64,000 nt of DNA from positions 32,001-96,000 of the forward strand of contig JANNVQ010000041.1 of NCBI GenBank assembly GCA_031414535.1. Reading direction: 5' to 3'. The DNA is from Gemmatimonas sp. (GTDB lineage: Bacteria; Gemmatimonadota; Gemmatimonadetes; Gemmatimonadales; Gemmatimonadaceae). The notes below the pieces were generated by a model, which made no database searches, was not told the origin of the DNA, and saw nothing but the letters and a program-made list of their open reading frames with translations. The position numbers and the translations under genes are program-made. The stretch's first letter is position 1. The number at the start of each line of letters is the position of its first letter. This document shows, in pieces, positions 1 to 9,556 of this stretch.

Positions 1-891
1 GCTGAGCGGATTGATGGCGTTGCCATCGCGGCCAAGGTGCGCGCCGAGGTTGCGACGCACGCCGCGGCGCTGAAGGCCGCGGGTGTGACGCCCGGTCTTA
101 CGGTGGTACTGGTGGGCGAAGACCCGGCGAGCACCTTCTACGTGGGCGCCAAGGAGAAGGCCTGCAAAGAAGCAGGCATGCATGGCGTCACGGTTCGGTT
201 GCCGGCGACGACGCCAGAGGCTGAGCTGCTCGCGGTGATTGATAACCTGAACGCCGACCCATCGGTGCACGGAATTCTCGTGCAGATGCCCGTGCCAAAG
301 CACATGGATCCGCAAAAGGTGATTCGCCGCATCAATCCCATGAAAGACGTGGATGGTTTTCATCCCATCAATGCGGGCAAGGTGCTGATTGGCGACGCTG
401 ATGGCTTTGCGCCCTGCACTCCGGCGGGCGTCCAGGTGATGTTGATGGAGAGTGGCGTCGAGACCAGCGGCAAGGAAGCCGTGATTCTTGGACGCAGCAC
501 GATTGTCGGCAAGCCGATGGCGGCGCTACTCATGCAGAGTGGGAAGGGCGCGGATTGCACGGTGACCATCTGCCACTCGCGCACCAAGAATCTCGCTGAG
601 CACACTCGGCGTGCAGACATTCTCATTGCGGCGATCGGCAAGGCCGAGATGGTGACGGCCGATATGGTGAAGCCGGGCGCCGTGGTGATTGACGTCGGCA
701 TCAACCGCGTGGACGATCCGACGGCCAAGAAAGGGTACCGCATCGTAGGCGACGTGAAGTTCGACGAAGTGTCGCAGGTCGCGTCGAAGATCACGCCGGT
801 GCCTGGTGGCGTGGGCCCGATGACCATCGCCATGCTGTTGGCCAACACGGTGCGCGCAGCCAAGCTCACGCTCGTGAGCTCACGCTCGTGA
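1..891 (+). CDS. folD: Bifunctional methylenetetrahydrofolate dehydrogenase/cyclohydrolase (5'-partial)
   Basis: Frame is open from base 1 ([17 protein letters not shown]...). Motifs [43 protein letters not shown]. Confidence 0.97.
   Translation, partial: AERIDGVAIAAKVRAEVATHAAALKAAGVTPGLTVVLVGEDPASTFYVGAKEKACKEAGMHGVTVRLPATTPEAELLAVIDNLNADPSVHGILVQMPVPKHMDPQKVIRRINPMKDVDGFHPINAGKVLIGDADGFAPCTPAGVQVMLMESGVETSGKEAVILGRSTIVGKPMAALLMQSGKGADCTVTICHSRTKNLAEHTRRADILIAAIGKAEMVTADMVKPGAVVIDVGINRVDDPTAKKGYRIVGDVKFDEVSQVASKITPVPGGVGPMTIAMLLANTVRAAKLTLVSSRS
863..890 (+). repeat. Exact 14-bp tandem duplication (AGCTCACGCTCGTG x2) at the folD 3' end
   Basis: Copies at 863-876 and 877-890. Confidence 0.85.
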
Positions 892-904
892 GCACGCGCT
901 GACC

Positions 905-2173
905 GTGACGCATCCGGGCTCGACCGCCGCCGAGGCAATTTCCGTACTCGATTTAGCGAGCGCGGCGAAGGATTTGCTTGAAGGTGGCATCCCCAAGCTC
1001 TGGGTGCGTGGCGAAGTCTCGGGTGTGAAGATTTATCCGAGCGGTCATTGGTACTTCACCATCAAGGACGCATCGGCGGCAATCTCAGCGGTGGTGTGGA
1101 AAGGCGCGACCTTCAAGATTCCCGCCAAGCCGCAGGAAGGCGATCAGGTGATGGCCTTCGGCCAGCTCACCGTGTATCCCGCGCGCGGCAGCATGCAGTT
1201 CACGGTCACGCAGATGCTGGCGGACGGAGAAGGTCTGTGGCAGCGGCAGTTTGACGAGACGAGGCGCAAGCTCGAAGCGGAAGGCCTGCTCGACTCCGCC
1301 CGTAAGCGTGCCTTGCCACGCGTTCCGCGCACGGTCGCGGTCATCACCAGCAGCGAGGGCGCGGCACTCCGCGATGTGATCGCGGTGATTCAGCGGCGCC
1401 ACGCCGGCGTCAACGTGATGGTGATCCCGGCGCTGGTGCAGGGCGAAGGGGCGCCAGATTCAATCTGCGCGGCTCTGGAGAGACTTTCCCGTTGGGTGGA
1501 GAGCGGTCGCGCGGCGGGCGGTGTTCCGGTTCCCGACGTGCTCATCATCGGGCGCGGCGGCGGGTCGCGCGAGGACCTCTGGGCGTTTAACCACGAGAGC
1601 GTGGCGCGGGCGATTGCCGCATGCCGCATTCCGACAATTTCCGCTGTCGGTCACGAAACGGACGTGACCATCGCGGACCTCGTGGCCGATTTGCGCGCCG
1701 CGACGCCGAGTGTCGCGGCCGAACACGCGGTGCCCATGCTCGATGAACTCCGGGAGACGGTGGGCAAGCTGGCCGGCATCATGGCCGACGGCCTGCAGGA
1801 CCGCATTGAAGTTGGCCGTCGGGATGTGCAGCGTCGCGCCGAGGGTCTCTCGCAGCGCGCGCAGTTGGTCAGCGAACGGCGCCGCGCGCGCACGGAGCGC
1901 ATTGCGCAGCGCCTGGTGCAGTTGGCACCGCGGGCGGTGGAGCGGCGCCGGGCGATTGTGGCGCGGCTCGGTGCCTCGCTTGAGGCGAAGTCGCCGTTGC
2001 AGGTCTTCGCCCGCGGCTTCTCGGTGGCCCGCAGCGAGGCCGGTGCAACCCTGAGCACGCTATCGGCGTTTGCCCAAGGGCAGCATTTTGAACTATTGGT
2101 GAAGGACGGTCGCGTTCGCGCGACCACTGACTCGGTGCACGCCGATGCCCCCCATCTGCGGAAGGATGCATGA
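905..2173 (+). CDS. xseA: Exodeoxyribonuclease VII large subunit
   Basis: WVRGEVS, SGHWYFTIKD, GRGGGSREDLWAFN, SAVGHETD, RAATPS motifs; followed by xseB. Confidence 0.96.
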   Translation: MTHPGSTAAEAISVLDLASAAKDLLEGGIPKLWVRGEVSGVKIYPSGHWYFTIKDASAAISAVVWKGATFKIPAKPQEGDQVMAFGQLTVYPARGSMQFTVTQMLADGEGLWQRQFDETRRKLEAEGLLDSARKRALPRVPRTVAVITSSEGAALRDVIAVIQRRHAGVNVMVIPALVQGEGAPDSICAALERLSRWVESGRAAGGVPVPDVLIIGRGGGSREDLWAFNHESVARAIAACRIPTISAVGHETDVTIADLVADLRAATPSVAAEHAVPMLDELRETVGKLAGIMADGLQDRIEVGRRDVQRRAEGLSQRAQLVSERRRARTERIAQRLVQLAPRAVERRRAIVARLGASLEAKSPLQVFARGFSVARSEAGATLSTLSAFAQGQHFELLVKDGRVRATTDSVHADAPHLRKDA

Positions 2174-2373
2174 CCTTTGAACAATCTCTCGCGCGCTTGG
2201 AACAGATTGCCACGGCGCTCGACCGCGACGACATCCCACTCGAAGACGCGCTCAAACTCTTTGAAGAGGGCATCACGCGCCTGCGCGAGGCCTCAGCCGC
2301 TCTCGCCGACGCCGAGGGCAAGGTGAAGACTTTGCTCGAGCAGGCCGACGGTGTGTTTGGAGCTAAGGAATGA
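2170..2373 (+). CDS. xseB: Exodeoxyribonuclease VII small subunit
   Basis: 67 aa, TFEQSLARLEQI...LEDALKLFEEG; ATGA overlap with xseA. Confidence 0.95.
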   Translation: MTFEQSLARLEQIATALDRDDIPLEDALKLFEEGITRLREASAALADAEGKVKTLLEQADGVFGAKE

Positions 2374-3272
2374 CAGGTACAGGTGTCACGCCGATTGACT
2401 TCACCAAGGACCGCGCCGCAGTGTCGCGGGCCTTGGATGCGCTCACGGTGCGATACCTCGCCCAGCACAATGGGGCGGTTGCCAACTCCATCCGCTATGC
2501 CTTGCAGGGCGAAGGAAAGCGCCTGCGCGCGGTGCTGGTGATGTCGGCCCACCGTGCGGCGGGCGGGACGTTGGACGTCTCGGGATTGGCGGCGGCCGTG
2601 GAAGTGGTGCACGCCTATTCGCTGGTGCACGACGATTTGCCCTGCATGGACGACGATGACATGCGTCGCGGTCGTCCGACGGTTCATAAGGTGTTTGGTG
2701 TGCCCGCGGCCACCGCAGCCGGTATGGCGATGGTGCCCTTGGCAGCGCGAGCCGCCATGGAGTCGGCGATGGACATCGGACTCACGCCCGAAGCCGGTGG
2801 CGAGGTTGTGCGTGTGCTCATGCGGGCGTCCGGCGCCAGCGGCATGATTGGCGGGCAGCTGCTGGATCTCGAGGGCGAAGGGTCCGAGCTGGACCTCGCG
2901 CAGTTGGAGCGCGTCCATCGGTGCAAGACGGGCGCCTTGATTGAGGCGGCGATGACCATCGGCGGTGTGGCGGCGGGTGCGCCTCCGGCTCTGCTTCAGG
3001 CTTTTGCTTCGTACGGCGCGGCGGTTGGCTTGGCGTTTCAGATCGCCGACGACGTATTGGATATCACCGCCACCACGGACCAGCTGGGCAAGACGGCCGG
3101 CAAGGACCTGGCGTTCAAGAAGAGCACCTACCCGGCCTTGTTGGGCATCGCGGGAGCGAAGGCCCGCGCCGAGGCGTTAGTACAGGACGCATGTAAGGGT
3201 TTACAGGAGCACGGCGCCCTGACGCCCGAGTTAGAGTTTCTCGCACGATTCATCGTGGCACGGCGCTCGTAG
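2370..3272 (+). CDS. ispA: Polyprenyl (farnesyl/geranylgeranyl) diphosphate synthase
   Basis: GKRLR, SLVHDDLPCMDDDDMRRG, KTGAL, FQIADDVLD, GKD motifs. Confidence 0.93.
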   Translation: MTGTGVTPIDFTKDRAAVSRALDALTVRYLAQHNGAVANSIRYALQGEGKRLRAVLVMSAHRAAGGTLDVSGLAAAVEVVHAYSLVHDDLPCMDDDDMRRGRPTVHKVFGVPAATAAGMAMVPLAARAAMESAMDIGLTPEAGGEVVRVLMRASGASGMIGGQLLDLEGEGSELDLAQLERVHRCKTGALIEAAMTIGGVAAGAPPALLQAFASYGAAVGLAFQIADDVLDITATTDQLGKTAGKDLAFKKSTYPALLGIAGAKARAEALVQDACKGLQEHGALTPELEFLARFIVARRS

Positions 3273-3347
3273 GGCGTCAGGCGGCACTGGCGCCACGAAC
3301 CCCGCTTTAGGCAAGCTACGTATCTCTCTCCTCGATTTCCGCTGCAT

Positions 3348-5243
3348 ATGAGCAAAAACCTCCTCGACCGCGTGCAGGACCCCGCCGACCTCAGGCGGAT
3401 GAGCTCTGCGGAACTCACGACCCTTGCGCAGGAAGTCCGCGAGTTCCTCATCGCGTCCTGCTCCGTCACGGGCGGTCACATCGGCGCCGGCCTCGGCGTC
3501 GTGGAACTCACCATCGCGCTGCATACGGCCTTCCACACGCCGAGCGACAAGCTGGTGTGGGATGTCGGACACCAGGGTTATCCGCACAAGGTGCTCACCG
3601 GCCGCAAGGACCGCATGCACACGCTGCGTCAGGAGGGCGGGCTGTCGGGCTTCTTGAAGCGCACGGAGAGCGAGTACGACACGTTCGGCGCTGGCCACGC
3701 GGCGACGTCTATTTCCGCTGCGCTGGGCATGGCCGCCGCGCGAGACATCGTCGGTGGCGACAACAAGGTCGTGGCCATCATCGGTGACGGCTCGCTCGGC
3801 TCTGGCCTCGCGTACGAAGCGCTGAACAACGCGGGCCATTCGGACCGCGACTTCATCGTGGTGCTGAACGACAACGAAATGTCCATCGCGCCGAACGTCG
3901 GGGCCATGCACAAGTATCTCACGGGTGTGCAGCGGAATCCGATTTACAATCGCCTGCGTAGCAAGATCGGTGAGATTGTGGATCAGGCGCCGGGGCCGTT
4001 CAAGGACGCCGGTGCGCTGCTGCGCCGCTGGGAAGAGTCGGTGAAGGCCTTCTTAACGCCAGGCGTGCTCTTCGAGGAATTGGGGTTTCGCTACTTTGGC
4101 CCCATCGACGGCCACGACATCCCGCAGCTGATCGAGACTTTTAAGGCGGTGCGCGAGTTCAAGGGCCCGCGCCTCGTCCACGTCATCACCACCAAGGGGA
4201 AGGGCTTCCCGGCAGGGGAGCACGGCGAGAAGTGGCATGCGCTCCCGCCCGGTCACGATCCCCAGACGGGCAAGCAGCTGAAGGCTGCAACGGGCAATCC
4301 CAACTACACCGCCGTCTACGGCAAGGCGCTGGCGGAGTTGATGGAAGAGTACCCCAAGGTCGTCGCCATCACGGCCGCCATGCCGGGCGGCACGGGCACG
4401 GCCGTGGTCGCCAAGGCGCATCCGACGCGCTTCTTTGACGTGGGCATCGCGGAAGGACATGGCGTGACCTTCGCAGCGGGCCTGGCCACCGAGGGCATCA
4501 AGCCCGTGGTGACCATCTACTCCACGTTCCTGCAGCGCGGCTACGACAACATCGTGCACGACGTGGCCATCCAGTCGCTGCCGGTGATGTTCGCAATGGA
4601 TCGCGCCGGTCTGGTTGGAGAAGATGGTGAGACGCACGCGGGGCTCTACGACATTGCGTACATGCTCGCGGTCCCTCATATGGTCGTCACGGCGCCGAAG
4701 GACGGCGCGGAACTTGTGGGCTTGCTGCGCAGCGGCATCGCACACAACGGACCGTTCTGCATTCGCTATCCGCGCGACGTAGCACCGGACCTGGTGCCGC
4801 CGGCCAAGGACATTCCCGGTGTGCCGCACGGCACGTGGGAAGTGCTGCGCAAGGGCGAGGAGGTGGCCATCCTCGCGGTTGGTACCATGGTGCAGGAGTC
4901 CCTGAAGGCCGCCGAGAGCCTGGCGGACGAAGGACTCCCGGTGACGGTGGTGAACTGTCGCTATCTCAAGCCGTATGATGCGACGACGCTCACGGCGCTG
5001 CTCGCCACGCACCAGCAGTTGCTGGTGGTGGAGGAGGGCACCGTCGTGAACGGCTTCGGGGCTTACATGGCGTCCGTGGTCAGTGCGATGGATCCGAGCG
5101 TGCGCGTCCATGCGCACGGCGTCCCCGATCGCATCATCTACGCGGCCTCGCGTCCCAAGCAACTCGCGCAGGTAGGACTCGACGCGGCGGGAATCGCCGC
5201 TCGCGTGCGCGCCATGCACGAGACGGGAGCGTTAGCGGGGTGA
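3348..5243 (+). CDS. dxs: 1-deoxy-D-xylulose-5-phosphate synthase
   Basis: GGHIGAGLG, WDVGHQ, GDGS...LNDNEMSI TPP motif, DVGIAE, DRAG, IRYPR. Confidence 0.97.
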   Translation: MSKNLLDRVQDPADLRRMSSAELTTLAQEVREFLIASCSVTGGHIGAGLGVVELTIALHTAFHTPSDKLVWDVGHQGYPHKVLTGRKDRMHTLRQEGGLSGFLKRTESEYDTFGAGHAATSISAALGMAAARDIVGGDNKVVAIIGDGSLGSGLAYEALNNAGHSDRDFIVVLNDNEMSIAPNVGAMHKYLTGVQRNPIYNRLRSKIGEIVDQAPGPFKDAGALLRRWEESVKAFLTPGVLFEELGFRYFGPIDGHDIPQLIETFKAVREFKGPRLVHVITTKGKGFPAGEHGEKWHALPPGHDPQTGKQLKAATGNPNYTAVYGKALAELMEEYPKVVAITAAMPGGTGTAVVAKAHPTRFFDVGIAEGHGVTFAAGLATEGIKPVVTIYSTFLQRGYDNIVHDVAIQSLPVMFAMDRAGLVGEDGETHAGLYDIAYMLAVPHMVVTAPKDGAELVGLLRSGIAHNGPFCIRYPRDVAPDLVPPAKDIPGVPHGTWEVLRKGEEVAILAVGTMVQESLKAAESLADEGLPVTVVNCRYLKPYDATTLTALLATHQQLLVVEEGTVVNGFGAYMASVVSAMDPSVRVHAHGVPDRIIYAASRPKQLAQVGLDAAGIAARVRAMHETGALAG

Positions 5244-6106
5244 GCAAGCGACTCGGCATCGTCGGGCATCAGGAGTACGAGGGACTCGAATACATCCTCG
5301 GGTTCCTCGCCCGCGAGGCGCCGGCGCTGGGTTACACCTTGGCTTACGAAGCGGAGTTGGAGCGGCACGCGCCGAAGGGCGCCCGGCTCGGACATCCCAG
5401 TCAGATTGACACGCTCATCACGCTTGGTGGTGACGGCACGCTCATTCGTGGTGCGCGGTTTCTCGGCGGCGCTGACGTGCCGATCTTCGGCGTGAACCTC
5501 GGGAAGCTTGGCTTTCTCACGACGTGCCAAGGCGAAGAGTTTGCGGCGGCCTTCGCGCGTTTCGTGCGCGGTGAGCATAGCGTGCAGCGACGCATGGCGC
5601 TCGAAGCCCGCACGTGGACGCCCACCGGCGAGCTCGGCATTCAGATTCGTGCACTCAATGACGTCGTCGTGCATAAGGGTGGATACGCACGAGTCCTGCG
5701 CATGCGGCTCTCCGCCGATGGACAGCCGATTGCGAAGCTTGCCGCCGACGGCATTGTGATCGCGACGCCCACCGGCTCGACGGCCTACTCGCTCTCCGCT
5801 GGTGGCCCCGTGGTGGTGCCCTCGCTTGAGGGGCTGATCATGACGCCTGTCGCGGCGCACACGCTGGCAATTCGCCCGACGATCTTTCCGCCGGACGTCA
5901 CCTTGCAAGTCTCCTTGGACGACGAGCAAGACGAAGTGCTGCTGACGGCGGACGGACAAGTTGGCATCGCCATTCCGCCGGGGCACAAGCTGACGGTGAC
6001 GCGTAGTCGGCATCCGGTGCAACTTGTGCGGTTTGAGGACGTCACGTTCTTCACGCGACTGCGCAACAAGTTGGGCTGGGGCGGTAACCCTGTGCGAGAC
6101 GGGTGA
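5240..6106 (+). CDS. nadK: NAD(+) kinase
   Basis: LGGDGT, NLGKLGFL, ALNDVV, DGIVIATPTGSTAYSLSAGGP. Confidence 0.96.
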   Translation: MSKRLGIVGHQEYEGLEYILGFLAREAPALGYTLAYEAELERHAPKGARLGHPSQIDTLITLGGDGTLIRGARFLGGADVPIFGVNLGKLGFLTTCQGEEFAAAFARFVRGEHSVQRRMALEARTWTPTGELGIQIRALNDVVVHKGGYARVLRMRLSADGQPIAKLAADGIVIATPTGSTAYSLSAGGPVVVPSLEGLIMTPVAAHTLAIRPTIFPPDVTLQVSLDDEQDEVLLTADGQVGIAIPPGHKLTVTRSRHPVQLVRFEDVTFFTRLRNKLGWGGNPVRDG

Positions 6107-6113
6107 ACGGCGG

Positions 6114-7865
6114 GTGCTGACCGAACTTCGCATCCGGAATCTCGCAATCATTGACGCCGTGACGCTTCCCTTGGCACCGGGCTTCAACGTGCTGACAGGC
6201 GAAACCGGCGCGGGCAAGAGCATCGTCGTCGGTGCGCTCGGCCTGTTGATCGGCGAGCGTGCCTCGAGCGATCTCGTGCGCACGGGCTCCGAGAAGGCCA
6301 CCGTTGAAGGCGTCTTTGACCTGCACGACCGCGCCGATCTCCTCGCGCAGTTGGATGAGCGCGGCATTGAATGTGAAGACGGCGTGCTCGTGCTGAAGCG
6401 TGAAGTGGCCGCCGGTGCTGGACGGGCGCGGGCTTGGGTGAATGGCTCGCCCGTCACCGCGGGCGTGCTGGCGGAGATTGGACGTACGCTCGTCAACGTG
6501 CACGGGCAGCACGAGGCACAGGCGCTGCTCGAGGGCGAGGCGCAGCGCCACATTCTCGATGCCTTCGGTGATGCGGCGCGTGAAGTGGAGGCCGTGGCTG
6601 AGGCCTGGCGTGAGGCGGAACTCGCACGGCAAGCCGTGGCCACGCTCAACCAACGGCGCGACGAAGCGAGCAAGCGCGCGGATTGGCTGGCGCACGTGGC
6701 CAAGGAGATTGGCGAGGCGCAGTTAAAGGAAGGCGAGGAAGAGAAGCTCGACGACGAAGCGCGCCGCCTCACGCACGCGGAGGAGCTGCAGCAGTTGATT
6801 GCCGAACTCACCGACGCGCTGGAGTCGGATGGCGAGGCAATGCAGGCGCTGGGCCATCTGCAGAAGCCCTTGGCGGCGTTGCAGAAGATTGATCCGAGCA
6901 CCTCGCGCCTCCAGGAGCTGTACGACAACGCGTGGTACGCGCTCGAGGAACTATCGCGCGAGGCTCAGGCCTACGCCGATGGCGTGGAGCACGATCCGGC
7001 GCGCCTGAACGAGGTGGAGTCACGGCGTGATCTGCTGTTCCGGCTGATGAAGAAGTACGGCGGCTCCTTCGAGGCGGTCATGCGCACAGGGCGGGAAGCG
7101 CGCGCCGAGTTGGATCTGCTCGATACGGCTTCGTTGGACTTGCGTGGGCTGGATGCGCGCGTGAAGGAGACTGGCGCTGCCCTGACCAAGGCTGCGGTCG
7201 CTTTGAGCAAGAAGCGCGAAGCGGCGGCCAAGTCGCTGGCCAAGGCCGTCGAAGCGCGTCTGCCGGACCTCGGGATGCCTGACGGGCGCTTCCTCGTGCA
7301 CTTGAGCCCTCGCGAGGCGGCGGGGCTGCATGGCGCCGAGGATGTGGAGTTTCGGGTGGCGCTCAACTTGGGGCACGAGGCGCGCGCACTGGCCCGCGTG
7401 GCATCGGGCGGCGAACTCGCGCGCGTGATGCTCGCACTCAAGACTATCCTCGCGCGACTGGATAACGTGCCCACGCTCATCTTCGACGAAGTGGACGCGG
7501 GCATCGGCGGTCGCACCGGCCTCATGGTCGGCGATGCGATGCGCGATGTCGCTGCACATCATCAGGTCTTCGCCATCACGCACCTTCCGCAAATTGCTGC
7601 GCGCGCCCATCACCACATCGTGGTGCAGAAGGCGGCCAAGGGTGGCGTCACGACTTCAGACGTTGGTGTGGTTGAACTGGCCGCGCGTGTGGACGAGATC
7701 GCGCGTATGCTTGGTGGCGACGCCGAAAGCGTCACGAGCCGCGAGCACGCGAGAGAACTGCTCGCCGTGGCTGCCGCTACCGAACCCGTTCGCAGCGAGA
7801 ATGCTCGCGCCGAGGTCGCCCGCGCCGAGCGCGCCGCGACTCAACGCCCTAAGAAGCGCGTGTAG
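6114..7865 (+). CDS. recN: DNA repair protein RecN
   Basis: GTG start giving MLTELRIRNLAII; Walker A TGETGAGKS, HGQH, ASGGELAR, LIFDEVDAG, ITHLPQIAA. Confidence 0.96.
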   Translation: MLTELRIRNLAIIDAVTLPLAPGFNVLTGETGAGKSIVVGALGLLIGERASSDLVRTGSEKATVEGVFDLHDRADLLAQLDERGIECEDGVLVLKREVAAGAGRARAWVNGSPVTAGVLAEIGRTLVNVHGQHEAQALLEGEAQRHILDAFGDAAREVEAVAEAWREAELARQAVATLNQRRDEASKRADWLAHVAKEIGEAQLKEGEEEKLDDEARRLTHAEELQQLIAELTDALESDGEAMQALGHLQKPLAALQKIDPSTSRLQELYDNAWYALEELSREAQAYADGVEHDPARLNEVESRRDLLFRLMKKYGGSFEAVMRTGREARAELDLLDTASLDLRGLDARVKETGAALTKAAVALSKKREAAAKSLAKAVEARLPDLGMPDGRFLVHLSPREAAGLHGAEDVEFRVALNLGHEARALARVASGGELARVMLALKTILARLDNVPTLIFDEVDAGIGGRTGLMVGDAMRDVAAHHQVFAITHLPQIAARAHHHIVVQKAAKGGVTTSDVGVVELAARVDEIARMLGGDAESVTSREHARELLAVAAATEPVRSENARAEVARAERAATQRPKKRV

Positions 7866-9511
7866 TAGCGAATCTGGATGCGGTCTTCCCAGCGCCGTGG
7901 GACCACACCGCGACTGGATGCAACCGATTGCTCGTGGGTGTAGCCAATCTCAATCGGGAGGCCCGCTTTGCCGCGCGACTCCGCCGCGAGCGTGGAATAC
8001 CCGACGGTCCAGGCCCAGCGGTGCTCGCTGCTGTTGCTCGGCGTGTTCATCGCGCCGTAGCCATCATTCACCGTCGCGCCCGCAGGCGGCACGATGCCTG
8101 GCGCGCCGAGTGCCACGACCTCATCCTCGCCGCGCGTGCGGAAGCGCCACTCAGCCCCGATGCCGAAGTAGTCGTTCACGTTCCAGCGGGGCGCCACGCG
8201 CAGCTCCAACATGTTGGCCGGCGTGATGCGCACGGGCACTTGGCGGTCGGCGCGAATGAGATCCACACCATTGAGGAGCGGCATGCGCAGCACGCGTTCG
8301 TGCGCGGCGCCGCGTGCCCAGCCGAGCCCGACCGTGGCCCACCACTTTTCACTGATGATGACGTCGGTGATGGACTGCAGAGCGATGGCGTCGTGCCCGC
8401 TGCCGGTGCCGAGATCAATGAAGTCGTCGGGGATATCGAAGTTGCCGCCACCGAGCCGGTAGGTGAGGCCCACACTCTGGCGAATGCCGAAGCTGTTGGC
8501 GGCGTGGCGGGCGGAATCGCCGGCAAAGGCGTCGAACAGCTTCACCGTCACGCCGACGTCAATGTCGCCGAGATCCTGTCGCGAGGACTTTCCGATGTCC
8601 TGGGCGCCGAAGCCTTCACCGAATGGGGCCGTGATCAAGTTTCGCAGGCCCTCAGCGATGAGCGGCACCTGCGCGCCGAGTGGCAGCCCTGTCGTGGCCG
8701 TCACGTTCGTCACACCCCAGCGCGTGAAGTTGGTGCGGAGAGACTCGCCCACGCCGCCAAGCAGAGTCTCAAGCGAGGAGCCAGCGAGTGGCACAAACTG
8801 TTGGCCAGGGGACAAGCCCTGCGCGCCGTAAATCGTCGTGAGTGCGGAGGCGAACTGCGACGCACGTGCAATCGTCGCGTTGACGAGCGCTGCCTCGGCG
8901 ATGATGCTTCCGCACTCCGGGTGCGCACCGGCACTCGCGGCGCAGGCGTTTCGGCGAGCGGTCAGCGAGTTCACGGCGTTGGTGTAGGCATCCACCACGG
9001 CGCGATTGCCTGTCGCAATGTTCGCAGCGCCTGGGAGGCCGATGAGGGCTGGGTTGATGCCAGCTGACGCAGAGCTGCCATCCAAACGCAGCTGGCCTTC
9101 AGCGCGAACTCGCACAAATGGGGCCTGCACGCGCAGCATGACCCGGTCACTGAGCCCGTAATCGAAGCCTAGTCGCGTGATGGCGAGGCGCTGACGTAGA
9201 TCCACGCGCGTGGATCCGAGGGAGGGACTGACATCCGCGATGCCGAGTGCCCCCATGAGGTCCCGAATCTCCGAAAGGTTGGCGAAGTCATCGGGGCCCA
9301 AGTTCACGGAGAGTCCGCCACCGAGCGGTTCCGCCCTGCCGTCGTTCCAGCGCCCATTCAGCAAGATGTTCTCGGAGAGAATCATCGTGCGAAGGGTGCC
9401 GCGTCTGAGCGTGGTGGCGTCGAGCGTAGGCCCAAGCACCCGCTGTGCCTCAGCGGCAGCGGGGATGGCCGCGAGGGCGGCGAGGGTAAACGCGAGGAAA
9501 GTTGGGCGCAT
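7841..9511 (-). CDS. Secreted hypothetical protein, possible outer-membrane beta-barrel with a helical insertion
   Basis: Signal peptide MRPTFLAFTLAALAAIPAAAEA; amphipathic strands ending in aromatics in the C-terminal half; C-terminus IQIRYYTRFLGR. Confidence 0.6.
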   Translation of the reverse strand: MRPTFLAFTLAALAAIPAAAEAQRVLGPTLDATTLRRGTLRTMILSENILLNGRWNDGRAEPLGGGLSVNLGPDDFANLSEIRDLMGALGIADVSPSLGSTRVDLRQRLAITRLGFDYGLSDRVMLRVQAPFVRVRAEGQLRLDGSSASAGINPALIGLPGAANIATGNRAVVDAYTNAVNSLTARRNACAASAGAHPECGSIIAEAALVNATIARASQFASALTTIYGAQGLSPGQQFVPLAGSSLETLLGGVGESLRTNFTRWGVTNVTATTGLPLGAQVPLIAEGLRNLITAPFGEGFGAQDIGKSSRQDLGDIDVGVTVKLFDAFAGDSARHAANSFGIRQSVGLTYRLGGGNFDIPDDFIDLGTGSGHDAIALQSITDVIISEKWWATVGLGWARGAAHERVLRMPLLNGVDLIRADRQVPVRITPANMLELRVAPRWNVNDYFGIGAEWRFRTRGEDEVVALGAPGIVPPAGATVNDGYGAMNTPSNSSEHRWAWTVGYSTLAAESRGKAGLPIEIGYTHEQSVASSRGVVPRRWEDRIQIRYYTRFLGR

Positions 9512-9556
9512 AGAGAGGTGGTCGGGTAATTTACCCCGCATACTCCAGAACTACAC

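Noticed and set aside
7841..7865. Convergent gene overlaps (7841-7865, 11355-11365, 60962-60965) as antisense regulation
   Set aside because: Short tail-to-tail overlaps are common in compact high-GC genomes and nothing else supports a regulatory role.
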